Shown in pieces: positions 1-13,031 of a DNA stretch of 64,000 nucleotides. This DNA comes from Octopus vulgaris (Eukaryota): positions 20,460,001 to 20,524,000 of the forward strand of contig OX597838.1 in the NCBI GenBank assembly GCA_951406725.2. Reading direction: 5' to 3'. The translations under genes were made by a program, and so were the position numbers. Each line of letters begins with the position of its first letter. Within the stretch, counting starts at the first letter, position 1. A model generated the notes under the pieces. The model had not been told where the DNA came from and made no database searches. It saw only the letters and a list, made by a program, of their open reading frames with translations.

Positions 1-59
1 ACATATATATATATATATATTATATACATATATGTGTGTGTGTATATATATACATACAC

Positions 60-107
<48 letters not shown>

Positions 108-117
108 GTGTGTGTGT

Positions 118-178
118 GGAGTAAGTATCACTGATGAGCATTAATTTCATGCAAAATTAGTGTGCTAATCTGATATCC
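118..178 (+). ncRNA. Type I hammerhead ribozyme fold with G12A change
   Basis: gtatca-CTGATGA-gcat(taatttc)atgc-aAAA-ttag(tgtg)ctaa-TC-tgatat. All three stems pair; the core differs from consensus only at G12. Confidence 0.7.
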
Positions 179-398
179 TTGCTTGCTGTGGGGAGTTTTA
201 TTTGTTCAAGGGCCTTTAAGATATTATTGTGGATCTCCAATTTACTATTTTGTTGTGCGAAACCCCCCAAAAATTTTATATGGACCCTCAGGGACCATAT
301 GGGCCCCAGAACCACTGACTAAAATCATAAAAATAAAAATAAAACAAAGACAAAGAGTTCTTATTGTCATAAAACTGTTGTCATTATGTTGTTTTTAG

Positions 399-3300
399 TT
401 GATCAAGAACGCTGGATCTGAAGAAGTTTTGAATGATGGCCTTTGTCAACGTCTCCAAAACATGGAATCAGAATTGTCTGATACTAACCAAAAGATTGCT
501 GAACTTGAAAGCATGTAGGTATCTGCCATCATAAAGCAGCTTTTTATTTGGTTACTCAACCTGCGAGAAATAGCTACCTAATCTCTCTCATCTTACACCC
601 TACAATCATTTTTTTTCTGTCTGTTTTTATTTTTTATTTCTTACAGGGTGAATAAATGATAAAGTATTGATCCAGAGCAGTGGATTAGTAGAAATGAATG
701 AACAACAGACCATATGCCTTATGGTGTTTGTTCTCTGTCTGTACGTGCTGTGTTCAAATCATGCCACAATCTTATTTCTTTATTGCCCACAAGGGGCTAA
801 ACATAGTCGGGACAAACAAGGACAGACAAAGGGATTAAGTCAATTAGATCAACTCCAGTGCGCAACTGGTACTTAATTTATCGACCCTGAAAGGATGAAA
901 GGCAAAGCTGACCTCGGCGGGATTTGAACTCTGAACGTAAAGACAGATGAAATACTGCTAAGCATTTCGCTCAGCATGCTACCATTTCTGCCAGCTCGCC
1001 GCCTTACAATCTGCCGAGGTGGGGACTTTATCTTTTACTCATCCTAACAACATTACTCTGCACCCAACTCATGAGGTTTTGGTTTTATGAACATTGCGTT
1101 TTCTCCTGATTTATCATCATCATCATTGTTTTGATGTCCATTTTTCCATGTTCACACGTGTGGGAGAGAATTTGGTGAGACAGATTTTCTTTTTCTACAG
1201 CTGGATGCTCTTCCTGTCATGTACTTGCAACTGTTTCCAAGCAAAGTTGAATTTCTACTTGACCAGACATGTTTTTTCATTGAAACCTCGAATCAAATAA
1301 TCTTGACTGATGATATGCATTTATGTTCATTCTGTGATATTTAGACAAGGATACATACACGTACATATATATACACTCACACACATATATGTTTATGTTT
1401 ATACCCATGCATGCATGGAAGATGGATGTTAAACAACGATGATGACAGATATATATGTATATATATATATATATGTGTGTGTATACATATATATTGTACA
1501 GTCCGATGACGGACTGTACAATATTCAATAATATTCTTGTTGAAGAATAATAAATATAAATGAACATAAAAACAAGCATTAATGCATTCATATATATATA
1601 TATATTACCTTCGAAAAATGCAATGTCGAAGCAGGGGCAGCTGAAGAAGGGGAATGTTCCTTGTGTTGTTTGTCTTGTACTCTGTTTTTTCGTTGTATAA
1701 GAAAAATGTCCATTTCCATGTTTTGTTTTATGTTTTCATTTCTCCTTGTGTTCCACGTTTTTTGTGATGTCCTGTACTCATATATGCATGTATATATACA
1801 TATAGATGTAGGTATGTACATATATATATGTATGTATGTATATGCTTTATTTATTAAATTGTTATATATATATATATACGCCGATGCCAGACCCCTCTGG
1901 CACCTGTGCAGGTGGCACGTAAAAAACACCCACTACACTCGCGGAGTGGTTGGCGTTAGGAAGGGCATCCAGCTGTAGAAACACTGCCAGACTAGACTGG
2001 AGCCTGGGGCAGTCCCGAGCTCCCCAGACCCCGGTCGAAACCGTCCAACCCGTGCTAGCGCGGAAAACGGACGTTAAACGATGATGATGATGATGATGAT
2101 ATGATGGGCTTCTTTCAGTTTCTGTCTACCACTCACAAGGCTACTATAGCTTGAGGCTATAGTAGAAGGCACTTGCCCAAGGTGCCACACAGTGGTTAGG
2201 AAGCAAGCTTCTCACCACACAGCCAAGCCTGATGGGCTTCTTTCAACTTTGGTGTACTAAATCCATTCACAAAGGTTTGGCTGACCCAGGCCTATGGTAG
2301 AAGGCACATACCCAAGTTGTGCCGCGCAGTGGGATTGAAACCAAGACTGCATGGTCGGGAATCAAGCTTCTACTCCTGAAGTAAGTGTGAAAGCTTAGTT
2401 AGTTTAGTACTAACACTTGTCTTTTTAATGTTTCTGTCTTTGCAGGGGTATCTCGAAGGAAGAGCTGCAAGATTACATAAAAAAACTTCATATGTATAAT
2501 GAAGTAAAAGACTTAGCACAGACACTCCTTGGCAAATTAGGTACAGTAAATTAATTTCTAAAACACTGTGTAACACGATTTTGGTCCTTCTCTCTTTTAC
2601 TTGTTTCAGTCATTTGACTGTGGCCATGCTGGAGCACTGCCTTTAGTCGAGCAAATCGATCCCCAGGACTTAGTCTTTGTAAGCCTAGCACTTATTTTAT
2701 CGGTCTCTTTTGCTGAACTGCTTTGTTACAGGGACGTAAACACACCAGCATCGGTTGTCAAGCAATGTTGGGAGATCAAACACAGACACACACTCATATA
2801 TATATATATATACATACATATATACGACGGGCTTCTTTCTGTTTCCATCTGCCCAATCCTCTCACAAGGCTTTGGTCGGCCCGAGGCTATAGTAGAAGAC
2901 ACTTGCCCAAGGTGCCATGCTGTGGGAATGAACCGAGAACCATGTGGTTGGTAAGCAAGCTTACTTACCAACACAGCCACTCCTACGCATCTGTTATTTT
3001 CTTTTTGCTTACCCCTAAAAAGTATGACAAATGGCTAATATTTCCTTCAAATTTTGCTTTTGTTACATTTATTCAAACCCCAAATAATTCCCTCTCAACA
3101 CATGGCAATCATGCTTTCCACTACTCCTGCTCATCATCAGAGATGCACATATTGTTAGCCACTAAGGGACATGCTCAAGTGGTTAAGGTCAAGCAACTGA
3201 CAAGCAAATCTGTGGTATTGAGCAGAATATTCGCCATAACGATATTTCTGCTAAAGCAAGGTGGGAGCAGGCAGAAACGTTAGCACGCTGGGCAAAATGC

Positions 3301-3816
3301 TACCCTAGCAGTATTTCGTCTGTCTTCACATCAGAGAAATTGCAAAGCTACCAGATTATGCATGATTAATTCAAAACAATGTGAATAAATAAGCATTACA
3401 TTGGATAGATTAATCTGAATACTAAACTGTTACTGGTCACTTCCTGCAGAAAAGACATAAAAAGGATGGAGATTCCTGTGAGTCAATGCTTTGGGGAACA
3501 AAGATTAGACACAGAGGTTAGTATGGGGATATTGGGGGGTGGGGGATGCAATGAGAGGTGGAGAGTTGAGACACACACACACACACATGCACGATAGGCT
3601 TCTTTCAGTTTCCATCTACTAAATCCACTCACAAGGCTTTGGTCAGCCTGAGGCTATAGCAGAAGACACTTGCTCTTATACATAAACTTATCCAAACTCA
3701 CAAATTTCTTCTCTGTATCTATTATGTTTGATGGTGTTTTGTATATTTTAGCACTTATGGAAAATCTGTGTACAAAGGACTTATATGGACGTTACCAGCT
3801 CAACCTGGAAGATTAA
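399..3816 (+). CDS. SWI5: DNA repair protein SWI5 homolog, last three coding exons (5' part lies upstream of the window)
   Basis: Exons 399-514, 2446-2540 and 3752-3816 have AG/GT borders and consistent phases. They splice to LIKNAGSEEVLNDGLCQRLQNMESELSDTNQKIAELESMGISKEELQDYIKKLHMYNEVKDLAQTLLGKLALMENLCTKDLYGRYQLNLED*. The 'I..LH.YNE.KD..Q.L.GKLA...T.DLY..Y.L.LED' pattern is the Swi5/Sae3 domain as I recall it. AATAAA follows near 3980-4030. Confidence 0.88.
1880..2100 (+). mobile_element. SINE 3' part with (GAT)n tail
   Basis: GGTTGGCGTTAGGAAGGGCATCCAGC...GGACGTTAAACGATGATGATG. Decayed relatives at ~4085-4265 and ~1110-1230 (-). Confidence 0.7.
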
Positions 3817-4779
3817 ACATAATCACCTGATGACAGCTTTTAGTAGAGAATTTTCAACCTCCAACATTAACCTCTCATCAGTTGTGAACTTTTTCTGTAT
3901 ATTGACGAGGGAGAAGTTTTTTTGCAAGATGATGGATACATTAATTTATTAATAATAATTTTAAAAAATACAAAAAAAAAATAAAATAAGCTTATCAGAA
4001 TGAAACTGAAAATAAAATTTAAATAAAATAAAATATATAAACACTTGAATGATTGTTTTGCCTTGGCACTATATTACTCATCATCATTGTTATCATCATT
4101 TAGTGTGTTTTCCATGCTGGCCTGAGTTGGATGGTTTTACTGGAACTGGTAAGCCAGAGAGCTGCACCAAGCTCTAGTATCATTTGGCTTGGTTTCAACG
4201 ACTGGATTCCCTTCCTAACACTAACCACTCCATTGGGTGTATTCAGTGTCTTTAATATGTCACTGGAATATATGCATATATACATGTATACATTTATATA
4301 TGCAAACATATACATATATACTCTTTTACTTTTTTCAGTCATTTGACTGTGGCCATGCTAGAGCACCGCCTTTGTCAAACAAATCGACCCCTAGGGCTTA
4401 TTCTTTGTAAGCCTAGTACTTATTCTATCGGATCTCGTAAACACACCAGCATTGGTTGTCAAGCGATGTTGGGGGGACACACACAAACACACACACACAC
4501 ACACACACATATATAGATACATATATACGATGGACTTCTTTCAGTTTCACAAGGCTTTGGTTGGCTCAAGGCTATAGTAGAGGACACTTGCCCAAGGTGT
4601 CATGCAGTGGGACTGAACCCAGAACTATGTGGCTGGTAAGCAAGCTACTTACCACACAGCCACTACTGCACCTATAAATATTTATATATTGTACTGTTCT
4701 GTGATGGTAAGATCAGCAAAAAAAAAGTTCTCCATCTGGTGAAAGATAAATATTTTTTAAACACAGTGTATATTTTTAC

Positions 4780-5710
4780 GAGTTACTAATAGTTTCATGT
4801 GATGAAAACAACCGAGACGGCATTTTATAATGCATCTGGTGCCTTCATGCAATCCTCAGGCTCTGTCCACATGCCATAGCCTGCTATAACAGGACGATAG
4901 AATAAGAGAAAGTACCAGAGAAGGCGAGAAGCGAGTAGATGTAAAAGGTGGAAGGCTGGAAAAACGAAAAGGAAAAGCAGAGGGAGAATTAGCGTCATGT
5001 ACCCTTTGACTGTAAAGACATAAAGCTGAATGGATAGGGGCCTAGAGTCTGTGATGCAGCTGCTCAATCTGGAGAGGTTGGTATTTTTCCAATTCGCTAA
5101 CTGGAACTTAACTATGTGTTTGACTGTAAAGACATAAAGCTGAATGGATAGGGGCCTAGAGTCTGTGGTGCAGCTGCTCAATCTGGAAAGGTTGGTATTT
5201 TTCCAATTCGCCAACTGGAACTTAACAAATGGTTACATCTGCTGAAAATTTCAGATCTAGGATTCAGCAGTGCAGTGGAGTTTAGATCTGAAAACGATGT
5301 GTTCTTTCAGGTATGCATAGCTTACATTTTTTTGATCTGCTGACATATGGAAAGGACTTTTTAAATGTTTTCCACTTGATTTGTATGTAGTGTGGCGTCA
5401 GACATCAAAACTCGTACGTGACTAACCAGCTTAGTGGACTTATCTGTGTCAGAAAGAAGAAATGTGGTTGGTATAGCTATTTTTGAAGTCGCCTTTACAC
5501 AGCTCGACATAGCTCTTTTTGCTTACGTTATCATCTAGCATTGCTGTAACTTCTGCCTCATATACGACAGATTTACTCATAGCTTTGGACAAGTATACAG
5601 GTTCCTGGCTCTCAGCAGTTACAACTAGGAATAGGCTCTTGGTGCTGCTTGCGTGTAATGATGCTCTTCATATTGGGGCAGCAAGTATATGATAATTTGA
5701 CTAAACACCT
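4780..5710 (-). mobile_element. Penelope-like element 3' fragment (GIY-YIG region) ending in a degenerate hammerhead motif
   Basis: Minus strand gives VKLSYTCCPNMKSII...SKSVVYEAEVT...YVELCKGDFKNSYTNHISSF (frameshifted). CTGAGGA...GAAACTATTAGTA lies at 4864-4780. Internal ~115-bp tandem duplication at ~5005-5226. Confidence 0.65.
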
Positions 5711-6077
5711 CTTTTACTCTTTTGTTTCAGTCATTTGACTTTGACCATGCTGGAGCACCACATTTAGTCGAGCAAATCGACCCCCCAGGACTTATTCTTT
5801 GTAAGCCTAGTACTTATTCTATCGGTCTCTTTTGCCGAACCGCTAAGTTACGGGGTCGTAAACACACCAGCATCGGTTGTCAAGCGATGTTGCGGAGGGA
5901 CAAACACAGACACACAAACATATACACACATATTAGTTGAAAATTCTCGAGTAGCATTATAACAACAACAACAACAATTTGAAAAATTATTTTATATATT
6001 TATTAATTTGTTAATACATTGTGAATAATATTCTAGTGATATTCCTTTGCAAATAGTAATCTTTATTAAAGTACTTT

Positions 6078-7911
6078 TTACAGGTTACTCTCGATCCAGT
6101 CTCGGAAATATCCGACATCGCTGAAAGCGCTGATTTCTATGTCACAATTACGTCCGAAGGATGTTACACCAGCTAAGACCATTTGACCATTTGAACTTGG
6201 GCAATAAAGTGGACCACCAGAGTCACCCTGAAAAAAAAAAACACAAACAATATAACTTTATATTCACTGGAATATATACATATATGCATATATACACGTA
6301 TACCTTTATATATACAAACATATACATATAAACTCTTTTACTTGTTTCAGTCATTTGACTGCGGCCATGCTGGAGCACCACCTTTAGTCGAGCAATCGAC
6401 ATCGGGACTTATTCTAAGCCTAGTACTTATTCTATCGGTCTCTATTGCCAGCATCGGTTGTCAAGCAATGCTAGGGGGACAAACACAGACACACAAACAT
6501 ACACACACATACATATACATATATACAACGGGCTTCTTTCAGTTTCCGTCTACCAAATCCACCCACAAAGCTTTGGTCGGCCTGAGGCTATAGTAGAAGA
6601 CACTTGTCCAAGATGCCACGCAGTGGGACTGAACCCGGAACCATGTGGTTGGTAAACAAGCTAGTTACCACACAACCACTCCTGTGCTTAGGGTACCAAT
6701 ACATGCTTCATCATTATTGCTCTCTTTAGTTTTGGGACATAGGCCCAATTAGTCCTCCACAGGAGCATTCTGAAATGTGCGACTTTTAGGCTAGTATGCT
6801 ATACTATCAAAACCACATACCTGGCAAGTAGATGCTCCACCTTGTCTGAAATCTCCGGCACAGAGAACTCCATCAGCAATTCGCATCCTTGACCTTTGTG
6901 TACATACATCATGGGGAATAGCTGGAAGAGCCACTTTGTATAATTCGTCAGGACTGTTTCCTTTAACTGAAAATAACACAATTGAATGATGATTAATATC
7001 GATTGACGATGATTAAATTGAGATGATAGGAACATCAGATGAAAATTTCATGATACTTACATTGGAAATCTCCCCATCCAGCAGCGATACATCTTCGGGT
7101 ACCAAATGTTTCTCCTTTTCTGGCCAATTGTGCAAACTTGACACATCTACCTTCACGGACTGGCTCGCTCAAAGTCAGTATGGCAATGTCGTTCTCTGTA
7201 AGGGTCAAATATACGTATATTTTAGCAGACATCTGAGCTAATTGTGAATCTATATGTATCTATTGCTATATACAGACATATATGATGTATATACATATAA
7301 CAGACAATGTCGTTCTCTGTAAAGGTCAAATATACTTATATGTTAGGCATACATGTAAACTAGCGATGCATATATGTGTGTCATTATGTATATACAGAAA
7401 TATACGATGTATATACCTCTAATAGATTTAAATTTAAAATCTTGAAATACTGTACTGATGAGGAGATTGAGTGAGTAGAAATATGATTTTACATTTTTCA
7501 CATCTCTCTTACTTCGAAACGCGTATAAAGTTAATCAGAGCCGGGTAGATTCGTTATTTTTCTCTCTTTACCTGCGTGAGTTGTTGAGTATTGCTGTCTG
7601 GGAGATATCTTATGGTAGTAGAAAAATAGTAATTTAACTGCTATTTCTAAATGTCGGTATGTGGTGAAGCAAATTTTGCTGAACCTTAATTATAATTATA
7701 CTCATAATTATAGAATTTTTGTATAAGTTTACCTCTAATAGACACACACACACACATATATATATTTCTCTCCTTGTTTTCTGTGTCCCTTTCTGTAGAA
7801 GAGCGTAGGCTCGAAACGTAAAAGACTTTTTCTATTCCTGAGCGTTATACTAATACATATGTTTGTCTTGTACACCACCTGTCTTCATCTTTTGTTTTTT
7901 TCGTAAACTCT

Positions 7912-7993
<82 letters not shown>

Positions 7994-9636
7994 TAAACGT
8001 ATTGATTTGAAAGACATATATATGGTACACCGTATAAGTTTAAGCAATATTCGTGTTGCAACGTAATTGCACAAAATCAAACTCAAATATCAACAAATGA
8101 CACGTCCATTGTGGCTGTCGCATACATCATTATCATCGATGTAAGCTGCAGCAGTAATAGTAGCAGTAAATACAGCGGAGATGTAGATATTTTACATAGA
8201 ACTTTAAGTCTGATGAGTATATTTTGAGTGTTAGGCTAAAAGGTGACGAACAAAGGGGAGGAAATGTCAGTATTTAAATAATTATTACGAGAACTCTGAA
8301 GGGAAAACACAAAACAACAGATATCATATATCAACACGAGATTGAACTTGATGAAGCACATAGAACTTCATGTCTAATGAATATATTTTGAATGTTAGGA
8401 AAATGTAAAATGCGATGAATAAAAAAGAATAAATGTCGCCTTTTAAACATTCATTACAGACACATTGAACTGAAAACACCAAATAATAGTTATCGTATAT
8501 TGACACGAAATTGCAATTGATGAAACACCGATATTTACTGAGATATAGTTGAGAGAAAGAAAGAATCTATAAGAAAATATCTGAAGACATGATAATTGTA
8601 ATACTCACGTATCAGGTATGGAGTATGTACGTATCCACCATGTTTCAGGATTCTACTTGCAGTTGTTGACTGAGAACCAGGGCTCCATTTGTTGTTGGAA
8701 CCGATGTTTACTTTAACCTTTCTGACATTTCCTTCGCTAAAATCAAATCAAATATGGCGGATTTTTAGCAGACAATAATTTTATACCGTAATATACTTGA
8801 AACTGTCCTCTTAGATATTAAAGTATTTGACCATTCATTAAAGTATTGTAACAGAATTCTCATATATTGCTTTGTTATTATTAAACGTTGATATCCACTT
8901 CAATGTTGCATTTCGGATATTGTGTGTAATTAAAATATATTTGTATAAATGTTGTTGGCATGAACGACATTAACTCTTCGTGGGCCGGCAGAATTGAAAT
9001 TACACAAAATACCCATTGGGGTCCCCTTTTACTTTTGCGTATTTCCGCTCTATCCATAATGCAATATTTATTTAATCTTGTATATATGTGTGAGTGCATG
9101 ATACAGACCAAGAAATTTAGCACTTTGTTTTTTTATAGTTTTATGAACTATACGTATAGCACTAAATATAAAAGAAAAGAAAAGAAGTCTATCGATTCGT
9201 ACCAGTACAAATACAAAGAAAATTTACTTACAGTTCATCAGAATATCCGAAAAAAGAACAGAAAAAATAATTTCCCAGAAGGCCAATGGGGTCCAGTTGG
9301 CCCCAATGACCATATTTTATGCTATAACATCCGTATGACTGGATTTGTACGTGCATACATGAACTACTGACAATAAAAGTCATGAGATATAAAATCATTT
9401 AAATAAGAGATGTAAAAGTTCTTTCTTTTATTCTTTTACTTGTTTCAGTCATTTGACTGCGGCCATGCTGGAGCACCGCCTTTAGTCGAGCAAATCGACC
9501 GCGGGACTTATTCTTTGGAAGCCTAGTACTTATTCTATCGGTCTCTTTTGCCGAATCGCTAAGTTACGTGGACGTAAACACACCAGCATCGGTCGTCAAG
9601 CGATGCTGGGGGAACAAACACAGACACACAAACACA

Positions 9637-9698
<62 letters not shown>

Positions 9699-11099
9699 CG
9701 ACGGGATTCTTTCAGTTTCCGTCTACCAAATCCACTCACAAGGCTTTGGTCGGCCCGAGGCTATAGTAGAAGACGCTTGCCCAACGTTTCACGCAGTGGG
9801 ACTGAACCCAGAACCATGTGGTTGGTAAGCAAGCTACTTACCACACAGCCACTCCTGCACCTAAAAGGTTAAACATATAGAAAGTCAAATGAACAATTAA
9901 TACAGACAAAATATAGAAGAATGTTCAAAGACTGAAGTTATTTCTTCGTTTGACTCAATATAGTTTTTAGTTGAAAACCGAATATATATCTTTATCTAAA
10001 TATTCCTACTTGCTTATGGTGAAAAGTCAAAATATTCTAAAATTGTTTTATACAAAATTTAATGTAAATTTTAGCCTGATATTAAAAGCAGTATATCCGT
10101 TGCTATTTACACCATCATCAAATTCTTTTCAACCTTAATGCTATAAAACACGGAAACTAAACTTGCTTCATTAACACCAAGTGATGTAATATAAAGGTGG
10201 GAAAACGTAAATCTGTAATGTATATACTTACAGGCAGTGGGCTGCTGTCAATACGTGTGTAGAATCAATCAATGTACCTCCACATAAGCTAATCATGTTA
10301 TCTGTGGGTTGGTTATATATTTTGAGGTGGACAATGGAAGGAAACTCGCAGTTTTGTGCTGGAGATCCATCAACGATCTGTGTTTTAGGTGCTGAAAGAA
10401 AAATCACAAAACGAAATAAATATATATTTACTCTTTTACTTGTTTCAGTCATTTAACTGTGGCCATGCTGGAGCACCGCCTTTAGTCGAGCAAATGGACC
10501 CCCAGGACTTATTCTTTGTAAAACCTAGTACTTATTCTATCGGACTCTTGTGCCGAACCGCTAAGTTACGGGAACGTAAACACACCAGCATCGGTTGTCA
10601 AGCGATGTTGGGGGGACAAACACACAAACACATACACACACATATATATATATACATACATATATACGACAGGCTTCTTTCAGTTTCCGTCTACCAAATC
10701 CACTCACAAGGCTTTGGTGGGCCCGAGGCTATAGTAGAAGACACTTACCCAAGGTGCCATGCAGTGGGACTGAACCCGGAACCATGTGGTTGGTAAGCAA
10801 GCTACTTACCACACAGCCATTCCTACGCGTAGATAAATCATTCTCGAATGTCTACGAAATATCAAATACCGTAATTTATATGGTTGTAAGCATTAATTAA
10901 ATATAAAAAGTAAAATCGTTTTCGGGACATATTCTCGACATGAAATTAGTGATTCAAAGATATCGATACTGGTTTCAGTAATGATATAAATAAAATAGTC
11001 GATATCAATATCAGTTTTGAAATGTTCGAGACCGTAGCACTTCGACTTACCAGCAAAAACTGAAGCAACCGTAACAAGAAGACAACAGAGAGACAACAT
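6078..11099 (-). CDS. Secreted chymotrypsin-like serine protease (peptidase S1), copy A, 255 aa
   Basis: Exons 11099-11051, 10391-10232, 8736-8609, 7195-7061, 6966-6821, 6227-6078 (49+160+128+135+146+150=768 nt, all GT-AG). Signal MLSLCCLLVTVASVFA, propeptide APKTQ, mature IVDG; triad motifs TAAHC, NDIAIL, GDSGGP; Ser189 (GGASTCQ). Confidence 0.95.
7765..7915 (+). repeat. Dispersed ~150-bp repeat with Penelope-type minimal hammerhead-like core
   Basis: CTGNNGAAGAGCGTAGGCTCGAAACGTA. Copies at ~30285-30420 and ~35980-36145. Confidence 0.55.
9432..9862 (-). mobile_element. tRNA-derived SINE family 1, representative copy (~20 copies in the window)
   Basis: Head GG(C/T)GCAGGAGTGGCTGTGTGGTAAG...GGGTTCAGTCCC (A/B boxes), central (TA)n(TG)n, tail ...GAAACAAGTAAAAGA. 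Other copies at approx. 2597-2990, 4322-4672, 5720-5932, 6333-6688, 10431-10828, 14738-15130, 17812-18163, 18555-18775, 24020-24380, 24820-25170, 36681-37800, 40950-41335, 41888-42250, 51033-51433, 53455-53845, 62525-62860, 63208-63662. Confidence 0.9.
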
Positions 11100-11138
11100 G
11101 GTGATACTAAGTGTTCAGCTACTTGTGGAGAAAAACTC

Positions 11139-11218
11139 AACTGATGCTAGAGTTATGAATCCTGTGGTATTTATAGGTAAGTATCATTAGGAAAACATCT
11201 TTGAGGAAAGAACAGCTG
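11139..11218 (-). promoter_or_regulatory. Core promoter of copy A: E-box CAGCTG, TATAAATA, initiator TCAGTT
   Basis: E-box 11213-11218, TATA 11168-11175, Inr 11139-11144 (~31 bp from TATA). Conserved across paralogs. Confidence 0.75.
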
Positions 11219-12497
11219 TAATTATTCATCAATGTTCGAACAATAAGACAAAGAACAACAGAGAATGTTTCAATGTAAAGTAATTTATGTTATAATATGA
11301 AATATATAATCAATACAACATTATATTATCTCATCAAAGTGCTGTTCTAATTTCTATTGAACGAGTATTGTCATCTTTTGAGGTGTATTGTAATATCTTA
11401 AATTAATACATCTTCAAAATAGCTCCCAAATTTTTTACATGGACGTAAGAAACAATTACCTTTTGTGTGGTAAGATATATTTTATTGTGTTGACCTCTCA
11501 GATGATTTCAATGGAAGATTGACCCACCTGAATATTATTCCCTCACCTGCCATTTTAAAATGATGTATCTGTTTATATTAATGTTATATAATTATTTCTT
11601 GCTTAATAATATTTCGTTTCAATTAATAAACGCAAATATATTGGTATTAGTGTCCTATTCTTCATAGAAATAATCATAACTTTTCGGGTGTTTTCTATGT
11701 TTAGGTTTCCGTTACATTCCGTATTCAATATGAAATATAAGCCTGCAATGTGTATTTCTTTCGATATTCATATAGGGACTACTGTCTCAATTGTTAGTCT
11801 TTTTATATATAACATTCCTAGCATGGATCTTTCAGATAATTAACAACGCTTGAAGATACACTGGAAGAACCAGTGCATACCCTAATATGTGATAGCTTCC
11901 TTCGTAGTCTTAGCTTGGCGATGAATGCCATAAGAGTAATATTATAGTTGGCCAAAGAATATATTCCATGGGTCACTCTAGCACAATACAGTTTAGTTGA
12001 AGTAGAAAGAGAAAGCGACACCACAATTAGGAGAATACTAAGAGGAGGGAATCTTAGATATAGATAACAGAATAAAAACAATCTTCTTCCTTGGGGTTTA
12101 ATAAAGGGTTTTAGGGAATTAGTAATAATAGTACACTGGTCCAAGTTGATGACTAGAATAACCTAGTCACTATAAGTAAAGAGGCGTACGCGAAGTACGA
12201 AAGTACGTAGTAGACGGTCAAAGATAGTCGTGTCTTTACTGGTTTTACTAAGTATACTGTATATCGAAGTGGGTGTTTAACAATCAACCCTTTTTTAAGG
12301 ATATCACAATGGCGACCATGATTTAAACAACTCACGAAAAATTAATAAACTCGACGAGGATAAACCATCAGCTATTGGTAGCTCTGAACAGAAGTCTCAA
12401 GAATGGATAGTCAACATATCCTACTTCAAAGCCACCGTATACAGTTTTCAAATATATAATCAATTTCTAAATCAATCCAGGAAGTTCTTTTACTTAC

Positions 12498-13031
12498 TAC
12501 ACTGTGTAACAAAATTTTTATATTTTTTTCCTTGGTCAGTAAATGTTATTTCCCATTTGCTTCTATTTAGAAATCAAAGGAAATCACTACTATTTCCTTC
12601 AAACTTTGCTTTTCTGACCTGGACATTAATGTTTTGAAACTGATCTATTTTCCATTACATTTCAGACAGATTCAACGCCGAGTTGCCGAAGCAAAAATAT
12701 CGTATGGCAAATATTCTGCTCAGTAGCACATATTTGCTTGTCAGTTGCTTGACTTTAACCCCTTGAGCATGTCCCTTTGTGGCTGACAATATGAGCATCT
12801 CTGATTATGATCACGAGATGGTGTAGTGAGGTAGCTATACCATCTGATCACGAGCAGGTGTAGTGGGGAAGCATCATAGCCAAGTTTCGAGAAGGATTCT
12901 TTGGGGGTATGAATAAATGTAACAAAAGCAAAGCTTGAAGGCAATATTAGCCCTTTTTCATAATTTCTAAAGGTAAGCAAATGGGAAATAACAGTTGCTA
13001 CCCAAGGACAAAATTCGTGTTACACAGTGTT
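12498..13031. mobile_element. MITE with CACTGTGTAACA TIRs (relatives 44964-45437 and ~2563-3260)
   Basis: CACTGTGTAACA...TGTTACACAGTG; internal sequence is shared among the three loci. Confidence 0.65.

Noticed and set aside
2601-3283. Recurrent ORFs such as MFQSFDCGHAGAPPLVEQ... and ...GFGRPEAIVEDTCPRCHAVGLNPEPCGW
   Set aside because: These are translations of SINE family 1, repeated ~20 times with frameshifts; not genes.
8210-8230. CTGATGAG motifs in intron 3 (also ~31496, ~62023)
   Set aside because: No stem II/GAAA/stem III arrangement follows; not hammerheads.
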